Assembly (NCBI GenBank): GCA_038087875.1
Contig: CM075994.1
Span: 9,364,001 to 9,428,000 of the forward strand
Length of the DNA stretch: 64,000 nt
DNA from: Malacoraja senta
Lineage: Eukaryota
Direction of reading: 5' to 3'
Every line of letters starts with the position of its first letter. Positions within the stretch are counted from its first letter, which is position 1. This document shows, one piece after another, positions 11,461 through 20,957 of this stretch. The translations under genes were made by a program, and so were the position numbers. The notes below the pieces were generated by a model, which worked only from the letters and a program-made list of their open reading frames with translations, was not told the origin of the DNA and did no database searches.

Positions 11461-11689
11461 CCTCCCTGCCGCCAGCGGTGGCAGCAGAGAGAATGGCGAT
11501 TAAAAAAACCCCCATTAATAACTCTCTGATTTTTCATCGATGAGAAAATCCTCCAGTCCAATCCGGCGGAGGGGGGCTCTGAGCGAGGTGGCCAAAAATG
11601 ACGGCCGTACTGTGCTCTCGGAAATCACGAAACAGGAAGTCAAAAGCTGTCAAGATCTTAGTTTTAGTAGTATAGATAGATTGAAGATA

Positions 11690-11890
11690 GATGTATGAAA
11701 GATATGCAAAAAAGTTAAGATGATAGAGGAAACAGGCCATTGTTAGCTGTGGGTTGGGAGAGAACGAGTTACAGACAATGAGACTCAACTAGACCACTTG
11801 GGTGGGCGAGGGTCTCGACCAAAACATCACCTACACTTCTTCTCCAGAGAGGCTGCCTGACCCACTGAGTTACTTCAGCATTTTGTGTCG
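11690..11890. mobile_element. Decayed Penelope-derived repeat
   Basis: agggtctcgacc.aaaacatcacc...gctgcctgacccactgagttacttcagca is the reverse orientation of the 870-950 family, with core boxes mutated. Confidence 0.5.
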
Positions 11891-11998
11891 GTACTGTTCT
11901 ATCTTTATTGAAAGGAGTTGCTCGTTTTCAGAGCAGCAGCAGAACGAGCTGCAGGTGTCTCTCACACAAACTCCTCTGTTTTTGTTCTCAATGTACAG

Positions 11999-12106
11999 GT
12001 AACTCTTTGCAGTGTTACACCTGCAGTTCAACAACAGATAGCTGTGTGGGTCCAATTGCTAAATGCACTGGGGAAAAGCAATGCTACCTTGGGGTTGTGA
12101 AGACTG
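11999..12106 (+). CDS. Ly6/uPAR gene, coding exon 2 (LU domain N-half)
   Basis: Acceptor ttgttctcaatgtacAG (11998); 108-nt phase 1-1 exon reading (G)NSLQCYTCSSTTDSCVGPIAKCTGEKQCYLGVVKT; donor G|GTAAG at 12107. Carries the LxCxxC start and 5 Cys. Confidence 0.92.
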
Positions 12107-12560
12107 GTAAGTAAGAACCAATTTGAGATGAATATCTCTAGTTTAGAGATACAGCGCGGAAACATACCCCCACCACCCTTTGTGTGGTTACCCCACAGAT
12201 TCCTATTAAATCTTTTCCCCTTCACCTTAAACCTGTTCTCAATTCACCTACTCTGGGCAAGAGACTCTATGCATCTACCCCGATCTATTCCTCTCATGAT
12301 TTTTACACCTCTACAGGATCACCCCTCATCCTCCTGCGCTCCAAGGAATAGAGCCTGCTCAAGGAACGCAGCCTGCTCAACCTCTCCATATAGCTCACAC
12401 GCTCTTGTCCTGGCAACATCCTCGTAAAGATGTTAAGACTGTACGATTATGTGAATATCAAGAGAGAGCTAGATAGGGCTCTTAAAGATAGCGGAGTCAG
12501 GGGATATGGGGAGAAGGCAGGAACGGGGTACTGATTGGGGATGATCAGCCATTATCACAT

Positions 12561-14903
12561 TGATTGGGAAAAATATAGGTCCTTAAGGAATCAGTGTACG
12601 ACAAAAACACGTAATGCTAAATCAAGTCATTTTAAAAAACATCTTTCTGAAGACATGCATAATCCAAAAAAGTTTTGGAAAAGACTAAACAATGTTCTTA
12701 ATAAATCAAATCAAAATATCAGCACTCAGATTCGGGTCAACAATGACATCATTCAGGACCCTGCTGTTATATCCAATGCTTTCAACCAGCACTTCTCCAC
12801 TGTATGTAGCTCTACTGTATTTGATTCATCTATTATATGTGACTTTCCAGCTACCTCTACAAGTAGAAGCTCTTTTTCTTTTCAAAAAATTAAACCTGTT
12901 GACATTCAACATGTTATTAATGAATTAAAGGATGATTGTGGATCTGGACCAGCTGGTAATTGAGACTAAATTCATTAAGTTAGGAGCTAATATTTTAATG
13001 TACCCACTATGCGACCTGTTTAATTTGTCTTTCTCAACTTGTACCCTCCCTTCCGCATGGAAGTGTGCCAATGTTACTCCACTGCATAAGGGAGGCGACC
13101 CACAAGATATTAACAATTACCGCCCATCTCAATTATCAACTCGGTGGCTAAAATCCTCGAGAAACTAGTGTTCAACCAGCTATCACATTATGTCTCAACT
13201 TTCAATATTCTATCTCCATGCCAGTCTGGGTTCAGACCTAAACACTCCACAACTACAGCTCTGTTAAAACTTACCAGCGATGTGTTCACCGCTTCCGAGG
13301 ATGGTAAACTCACCAGTGCCATCTTTCTTGATCTAACCAAGGCCTTTGATGTTGTTGACCACTACCTACTGCTTGATAAACTTTACTCTATTGGTCTTTC
13401 TCAAAACAATGTACTGTGGTTTAACTCATACCTTCATAACAGACACCAATGTGTCACCTTTAATGGAAGTCAATCCAATTCCTTAATTGTTGAGAAGGGG
13501 GTCCGCAAGGTTCGTCCTTGGGACCACTCCTTTTCTCTATTTTCATAAACGACCTCCCTAATATCTGTTCTGACTGTCAAATACAACTATATGCCGATGA
13601 TGCGGTGCTTTATACATCTAGTACTAACAAGTCTGAAATTGAAAGAAACCTTCAATCAGATCTTACTTCTGTTCAGAAATGGCTATTATTTAACAAATTA
13701 ATTTTAAATAAAAATAAATCATGCAGTATGTTATTTGGTACCAGACAAGGCCTTGGTAATTCTGTAGATCTGACTATATCATTTAATGAAGGATCACCAT
13801 TAGAACAAGTATTGAACTTCAAATATCTTGGTGTTTGGCTCGACCCAACGCTTTCATTTACGCAGCATAGTGAGACGATTACTAAAAAACTTAGCTGTAA
13901 TCTAGCTATTCTTTACCGCCATATAAATTGTTTCACCTTTCAGATGAGAAAAAAGAATTGTCTCTCAACTAGTACTACCAACACCGGATTATGCTGATAT
14001 TGTCTATCAGAATACATTTGATATACATCTTCAACCCCTTAATGTAGTTTATAATAGTCTTTGCAGATTTATTTTAAAGTGTCCATATATAACTCACCAC
14101 TGTTCTATGTACGAAACTCTAAACTGGTTATCCCCCCACGCTCGAAGATGCTACCACTGGTTCCAGTTCATCTTTAAATGCATCCACCTCAATTACCCTT
14201 CTTATTTAAAACAAGACCTATTACCATACACACCCTCATATTCACCAAGACATATTCAGCAACCCTTCTTTTTCATTCCAAGAACTAACAAAGAAATTGG
14301 GAGACGTGCATTTAAATTGGAAGCTCCTTCTGACTGGAACACTCTGCCTAGTACCATAAGAACTATTAGTTCATTTCGTCTATTTAAAAATACACTTTTA
14401 CCATTCCTTATAAAACCATGTACCTGTTTCTAGTATTAGAGTCTTTGAGCTCCTTTATCTAGCTTGCTCTGAGTGATCATTTGGCATAACTATTGTATAT
14501 GCATGGCCATTACACTTATGTATTATTGTATTGCATAGTGTAACAAGGTCTTATATTGTATTATGTCACAATATCATGAAATAATATATTATGTAATAAT
14601 GTTGATAGTATGTATTAACGTACGATGTATGATAGGTGGTATATGGTATTATGCACTAACATTATGCTGTAACACATAACTATTGTTATTATTGGATTTG
14701 TAAAGTTAATTAAAAATTGTTATAAACTATAACAAGTGGGAATGGAGGGGTTTGGGGATTGGTGTGTGGGTAGGTGGGTCAATGAGAGCCTCTATGTATG
14801 TTATGTCTTGTGCTGTATGTTCTATGTTGGACCCCCTTGAAAACGAGATGTCTGTCCATCTCAAGGGGTTATCCATGAATAAACTTGTTTCAAACTTGTT
14901 TCA
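12561..14903 (+). mobile_element. CR1-group LINE (L2/Crack/Daphne-like), 5'-truncated, nested in a CR1 3' tail
   Basis: Frameshifted RT (NNYRP.., QSGFRPKHST, FLDLTKAFDVVDH, LYADD, YLGVWLD), AT-rich 3' UTR, stem-loop at 14829-14875 and an (aaacttgtttc)2 tail; splits the CR1 tail at attga|atggcgg. Confidence 0.8.
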
Positions 14904-15014
14904 ATGGCGGTGCTGGCTCAAAAGGTCGAATGGCCTACTCCTGCACCTATTGTCTATTGTCTATTGTCTATTGAATAAATAGCTGATTTACTCATAGAAA
15001 TGTGAAAACGCAGC

Positions 15015-15240
15015 GGCATTCACACAAAGGTTGGTGGGTGTATGGACCAAGCTGCCAGAGGAGGTAGTTGAGGCAGGGACTATCCCAACTTTTAAGAAAC
15101 AGTTAGACAGGTACATGGATGGGACAGGTTTGGAGGGATATGGACCAAACGCAGGCAGGTGGGACTAGTGTAGCTGGGACATGTTAGCCAGTGTGGGCAA
15201 GTTGGGCCAAAGGACCTTTTTCCACGCTGTATCACTCTAA
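15015..15240 (+). mobile_element. Old CR1-type 3' end fragment
   Basis: ttcacacaaagg..gtgggtgtatgga..gctgccagaggaggtagttgaggc resembles CR1 ORF2 C-termini elsewhere in the window. Confidence 0.6.
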
Positions 15241-15297
15241 AATGGTACATGAACTATGAACACAGAAATTATTTAACTGTCCATTCTGTTTTTCCAG

Positions 15298-15485
15298 CTG
15301 CTGCCACAATTTACAACGCTGGATGTATGGACCTTGTTAGTTGTAATAATCTGCCAGCTTATGATGGTGCCACCGGTGTTTACAAATGTTGCAAAACTGA
15401 CCTCTGTAACGCGAGTGACCAAGTTAAATTATCTCTGCTGCTGTTCCCCACTCTGGTCTCAGTCTGGTTTGCAATATTTATGTGA
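15298..15485 (+). CDS. Ly6/uPAR gene, coding exon 3 (LU domain C-half plus GPI-type signal)
   Basis: Acceptor ctgtttttccAG (15297); reads (A)AATIYNAGCMDLVSCNNLPAYDGATGVYKCCKTDLCNASDQVKLSLLLFPTLVSVWFAIFM*, with the CCxxDxCN signature and a hydrophobic tail. Spliced CDS 52+108+188=348 nt, 115 aa, 10 Cys. Confidence 0.93.
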
Positions 15486-15733
15486 AGCAAGTGCATAATA
15501 ATAATGCACAGTGCAATCTTCTGGATGCTTTTTGTCCGAAGATCAGGGATAATGGGTCTTAACACTTGATTTCCGAGAGATGAGCTACTTAACCTCATAG
15601 ATGTGCAAATCCTTTTCAATTCAAAATCAGTAACCCTCATCCACAATGCTTGTTATTTAGTCATCTGTATAATTATAATAATCATATAATTTGGAGTTTG
15701 TACCATTATTCTGTTCATCTGTTGCCGCATCTC

Positions 15734-15739
15734 AATAAA
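15734..15739 (+). terminator. Polyadenylation signal of the Ly6/uPAR gene
   Basis: AATAAA ~250 nt after the stop codon, at the end of non-repetitive sequence. Confidence 0.7.
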
Positions 15740-15991
15740 GTACTGATTTTGAAAAAAAAAATTTGATCATAATTCTTTCTTTCATATATTCCAAGAGCAG
15801 GATTAAGCCATTCGGCCCATCAAGTCTACTCCGCCCTTCAATCGTGGCCGATCTGTCTTTCCCACTCAACCCCATTCTCCCCATAACCCCTGACACATGT
15901 ACTATTCAAGAATCTGTCAAAGCCTCTATCAAATTCTTCAAAGCAATTTTATAAACTGTCTCACTTGTTATTATTACTACACTGTGTAATT

Positions 15992-16144
15992 CAGCGGCAC
16001 GGTGGTGCAGTGGTAGAGTTGATGCCTCGCGGCACCAGAGACCCGGGTTCCAACCTGACCACGGGTGCCGTCTGTATGGAGTTTGCATGTTCTCCCTGTG
16101 ACTGCGTATGTTTTTTCCGGGTGCTGCAGTTTCCTGCCACACAG
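15992..16144 (+). mobile_element. tRNA-derived SINE (HE1/V-SINE-like), 5' part
   Basis: A-box tggtgcagtgg, B-box-like gggttccaacc, core gtatggagtttgcatgttctccctgtgactgc. Confidence 0.75.
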
Positions 16145-16146
16145 CC

Positions 16147-16375
16147 AAAATGGTACACAATAGCACTAAAATACCACCTTACTCACCATTGTCCTGTGTC
16201 AAGTTTCGTACAGATTGATGTTATATTTTACAAGATATTGACATTTAAAACTTATCAGAACCCCGGTTTGCAGGGTGTCACAACGTCAAGTATGGTTTCA
16301 ACACATCGTGGCCCAGTTTCAGGTTCAACTCATTACCGCCAGATATTTCTACGTTTTCAAAACCCCAGTTTCTAG
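16147..16375 (+). mobile_element. Helitron fragment carrying Gypsy gag-derived sequence
   Basis: Matches the reverse complement of 56964-57225; ends in CTAG directly against the TC of unit G; 16273-16346 matches the gag segment at ~56718-56795. Confidence 0.65.
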
Positions 16376-16707
16376 TCTATATTACTAAAACTAAGCTCTT
16401 GACCACTTTCTGACTTTCTGTTTCGTGATTTCTGAAAGAACGCCGCCACTTACGGCCGTCATTTTTGGCCACCTTGCTCAGTCCCCCTCCGCTGCGCTGG
16501 ACCAGAGGATTTTTCCCATTGATGAAAAATCAAAAAGTTATTAATGTTTTTTAAAATGTTGCCATTCTCTCTGCTTCCCCCGCTGGCGACAGGGGGGAGG
16601 GACTATAAAACCCGGACGTGCCTCACTCAGTCTCTGCGAGATGGATGAAGTGAGAGGGTCACGGCTCTCTGAGCTGTGAATAACACTGAACGCATGTCTA
16701 CTCGATG

Positions 16708-16955
16708 TGGTTGTAAAACGTTTGCAAAACCGTTTGTCTTGCTTCTAAAAAAATGTTTTCAGAAAATGTATTGTTTGTAAAATGTTTGCAAAATTGTTTG
16801 TCTTGGCCTTTAAAATGGTTGCAGAAAATGTATTGGTTGTAAAATGTTTGCATAATTGTTTGTCTTGCTTCTAAAAACATGTTTTCAGAAAATGTATTGG
16901 TTGTAAAATGTTTGCAAAATTGTTTGTGTTGGCTTTTAATAAAATGGTTGCAACA
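16708..16955. repeat. Degenerate tandem repeat inside Helitron G
   Basis: Recurrent ttgtaaaatgtttgcaaaattgtttgtcttg...cagaaaatgtattg, at the position of the 60-bp array in F. Confidence 0.8.
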
Positions 16956-17051
16956 GTTTTCAGATAGATAAAGCGTGAATAAACATTTTATTAGATCAGG
17001 ACTGTGTTTAATTGCAAAATTGGCGCTCATTCCGTCACTTCCGCTTAGTGA

Positions 17052-17172
17052 CAAGATGGCGCTGATGACGTCATTTCCGGTTACCGGCAAGATGGCGCTG
17101 ATGACGTCATTTCCGATTACCAGCAAGATGGCGCAGAGTGCGTCATTTCCTGTTCGTGGCAAGATGGCGCTG
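17052..17172 (+). promoter_or_regulatory. 36-bp tandem repeat of YY1/CRE/ETS-like motifs
   Basis: CAAGATGGCG at 17052, 17088, 17124 and 17160; unit caagatggcgctgaTGACGTCAtttccggttaccgg. Confidence 0.6.
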
Positions 17173-17374
17173 AGTGCGGAAGGAACAGAGTGAAGACGGC
17201 ATTGAATAATTCAAGAGAGCTTATGCACTGTCTATGGTGAGTGTGTTTGTTGGACGTTATTTATAGCACGTTTTTGCTTCAACAGCAGCGTGGAGGCTAT
17301 AAATGTTTTAATCATTCGGTTTACACACACTATGTTTACCATGTTCTGAAGTTACTTGGCATTTTAGTATTGGT

Positions 17375-17816
17375 TGTGAGTGTGCGTAAGTGAGTCTGTG
17401 TGTGTGTGTCTGTGTGTGTGAGTCTGTGTGTCTGTGTGTATGAGTCTGTGTGTGTGTGTGAGAGTCTGTGTGTGAGTCTGTGTGTGTGTGAGTCTGTGTG
17501 TGTGTGTGTCTGTGTGTGTGAGTCTGTGTGTATGAGTCTGTGTGTGTGTGTGTGAGAGTCTGTGTGTGTGAGTCTGTGTGTGTGTGTGTGTGTGAGTCTG
17601 TGTGTGTGAGAGTCTGTGTGTGTGTGAGTCAGTGTGTGAGTCAGTGTGAGTGTGTGTGTGAGTCAGTGTGTGTGTGTGAGTGTGTGTGAGTGTGTGTGAG
17701 AGTGAGTCTGTGTGTGAGTGTGAGTCTGTGTGAGTGTGAGTCTGTGTGTGTGCGAGTGTGAGTCTGTGTGTGTGTGTGTGAGTGTGAGTCTGTGTGTGTG
17801 TGGGTGAGTGTGTGTG
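17375..17816. repeat. Imperfect (TG)n/(GAGTCTGTGT)n microsatellite
   Basis: Direct reading. Confidence 0.95.
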
Positions 17817-17987
17817 AGAGACATCTATCCTACCTCAGAATGCCAAAAGTGAAGAGAAGTGAAGGTAAAGAGAAGCGAGAGCTGAAGGGACAACAACAGC
17901 TAAAGTGCTTGGCGAACATTGGCCGTGCAGATATCGTGATTGAAAATATTGGGAATTATCGCCTTTTCTCACTGCATTTCATCAAAA
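17814..17987 (+). pseudogene. Second THAP-exon copy (5'-truncated) in Helitron G
   Basis: ERHLSYLRMPKVKRSEGKEKRELKGQQQLKCLANIGRADIVIENIGNYRLFSLHFIK aligns with 10030-10250. Confidence 0.75.
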
Positions 17988-18257
17988 GTATTTGTGTTTT
18001 TTCTTGATTTGGCGGCTGTTCCACTACTGTTGCACTCTGCACCTTGGTGACTGCCAGTCACCCCCCCCCCCCCTCCCGGACACTCCTTCCCCCGGTAAAA
18101 TTGCACTACTGCTACTGTTTCTACATATATATATCTATATTACTGTTCATTATTCTATGTTCGCTCTTCTGGGTGAGATGCTAACTGCATTTCATTGTCT
18201 CTGTACTGTACACTGCACAATGACAATTAAAGATTGAATCTTTTCTTTTGAATCTTT

Positions 18258-20397
18258 GATCCTAGCAGGAATGACGGTGGAACAGCAATGGTAGGCATAA
18301 TCCGGAAGACGCAGGATCATTTCATTCCAAAAAGGAAGAAAGAATCTAAGGGGAGTAGGAGGCAACCGTGGCTGACAAGAGAAGTTAGGGATAGAATAAA
18401 ACTAAAAGAAAAGATGTATAACACAGCAAAGAGTAGCCGGAAGCCAGAGGATTGGGAAAATTTCATAGGACAACAGAAGGAAACAAAACGGGCAATACGG
18501 GCTGAAAAGATGAAGTACGAAGGGAAGCTGGCCAGGAATATAAAGAAGGACAGTAAAAGTTCTTTCGATATGTTAAGGGAAAAAGAGTAGCAAAGTCAAA
18601 TGTGGGTCCCTTGAAGGCAGATACGGGTGAAATTACTATGGGCAACAAGGAAATGGCAGAAGAGTTAAATAGGTACTTCGGATCTGTCTTCACTAAGGCA
18701 GACACAAACAATCTCCCAGATGTACTGGAGGACAGAGGATCTAAGGGGGTAGAGGAACTGAAAGAAATTTTCAATAGGCGAGAAATAGTATTGGGTAGGC
18801 TAATGGGACTGAAGGATGATAAATCCCCTGGGCCTGATGGTCTGCATCCCAGGGTCCTCAGGGAGGTGGCTCTAGAAATAGTGGACGCATTGGTGATCAT
18901 TTTCCAATGTTCAATAGATTCAGGATCAGTTCCTGTGGATTGGAGGATAGCTAATGTTATCCCACTTTTCAAGAAAGGAGCGAAAGAGAAAACAGGGAAT
19001 TACAGTCCAGTTAGCCTGACTTCGGTGGTGGGAAAGATGCTGGAGTCAATTATTAAAGAGGTAATAATGGGGCATTTGGATAGCAGTAAAAGGATTAGTC
19101 CAAGTCAACATGGATTTATGAAAGGAAAATCATGATTGACTAATCTACTGGAATTTTTTGAGGATGTGACAAGTAAAATGGATGAAGAGGAGCCAGTGGA
19201 TGTAGTGTATCTAGACTTTCAAAAAGCCTTTGATAAGGTCCCGTACGGGAGACTGGTGACTAAAATTAGAGCACATGGTATTGGGGGTAGGGTGTTGACA
19301 TGGATAGAAAATTGGTTGGCAGACCGGAAGCAAAGAGTAGGAGTGAACGGGTCCTTTTCAGAATGGCAGGCAGTGGCGAGTGGAGTGCTGCAAGGCTCGG
19401 TGTTGTGGCCGCAACTGTTTACAATATATATTAATGATTTGGAAGAGGGAATTAGGAGCAACACCAGCAAGTTCGCGGATGACATTAAGCTGGGTGGCAG
19501 TGTGAACTGTGAAGAGGATGTTAGGAGGTTGCAGGGTGACCTGGAAAGGTTGAGTGAGTGGGCAGATGCATGGCAGATGCAGTATAATATAGATAAATGT
19601 GATGTTATCCACTTTGGCGGCAAAAACAAGGGGGCAGATTATTATCTAAATGGGGTTAGGTTAGGTAAGGGGGAGGTGCAGCGAGACCTGGGCGTCCTTG
19701 TACACCGGTCACTGAAAGTTGGCGTGCAGGTACAGCAGGCAGTGAAGAAAGCTAATGGAATGTTGGCCTTCATAACAAGAGGATTTCAGTATAGGAGTTC
19801 TTCTGCAGTTGTATAGGGCTCTGGTGAGACCACATCTGGAGTATTGTGTACAGTTTTGGTCTCCTAATTTGAGGAAGGACATCCTGTTGATTGAGGCAGT
19901 GCAGCGTAGGTTCACAAGATTGATCCCTGGGATGGCAGGACTGTCATATGAGGTAAGATTGAAAAGACTAGGCTTGTATTCACTCGAGTTTAGAAGGATG
20001 AGGGGGTATCTTATATAAACATATAATTTTATAAGGACTGGACATGCTAGATGCAGGAAAACTGTTCCCAATGTTGGGCGAGTCCAGAACCAGGGGCCAC
20101 AGTCTTAGAATAAAGGGGAGGTCATTTAAGACTGAGGTGGGAAAAAAAATTCACCCAGAGAGTTGTGAATTTGTGGAATTCCCTGCCACAGAGGGCAGTG
20201 GAGGCCATGTCACTGGATGGATTTAAGAGAGAGTTAGATAGAGCTCTAGGGGCTGGTGGAGTCAAGGGATATGGGGAGAAGGCAGGCACGGGTTATTGAT
20301 TGGGGCGATCAGCCATGGTCACAATGAATGGCGGTGCTGGCTCGAAGGGCCGAATGGCCTCCTCCTGCTCCTATTTTCTGTTTCTATGTCTCTATGT
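18258..20397 (+). mobile_element. CR1 LINE, 5'-truncated
   Basis: ORF2 fragments 18288-20226 ([24 protein letters not shown]) and CR1 3' tail. Confidence 0.93.
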
Positions 20398-20555
20398 GTG
20401 TGTGTGCGAGTCTGTGTGTGTCTCTGTGTGTGTGTGTCTGTGTGAGTGTGTGTGAGTCTGTGTGTGTGTGTGTGCGAGTCTGTGTGTGTGTGTGTGCGAG
20501 TTTGTTTGTGTGTGTGTGTCTGAAAGTCTGTGTACGTGCGAGCCTGTGTGGGTGA

Positions 20556-20592
<37 letters not shown>

Positions 20593-20860
20593 TCTGTGTG
20601 TGTGTGAGTCTCTGTGTGTGTGTGTTTGTGTGTGTGTCTGTCTGTGTATGTGTGTCTGTGTATGTATGCGTGTGTGTGTGAGTCTGTGTGTGTCTGTGTG
20701 TGTGTCTGTGTGCGTGTGTGAATGTGTGTGAGAGTGTCTCTGAGAGTGTGTTTGTGTGTATATGTGTGTGTGTGTGAGAAAGTCTGTCTGTGTGTGTGTG
20801 TCTGAGATTCTGTGTGTCTATGTGTGTGTCTGTGTGTGTGTGTCTGTGTGTGTGTATATA
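20395..20860. repeat. Imperfect (TG)n microsatellite
   Basis: Direct reading. Confidence 0.95.
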
Positions 20861-20957
20861 TAGATACATAGATACATAGAAAATAGGTGCAGGAGTAGGC
20901 CATTCGGCCCTTCGAGCCTGCACCGCCATTCAATATGATCATGGCTGATCATCCAAC

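Larger units (their letters stand above)
8917..11676 (-). mobile_element. Composite non-autonomous Helitron (unit F)
   Basis: 5' A|TCTATACTACTAAAACTAAG at 11676; 3' hairpin (gggacacattgggtccc on +) with a mutated CTAG at 8917; shares 5' ~330 bp and 3' region with units G and H. Confidence 0.8.

Noticed and set aside
15752..15761. A-run after AATAAA suggesting a processed pseudogene
   Set aside because: The gene has introns with canonical splice sites and no TSD.
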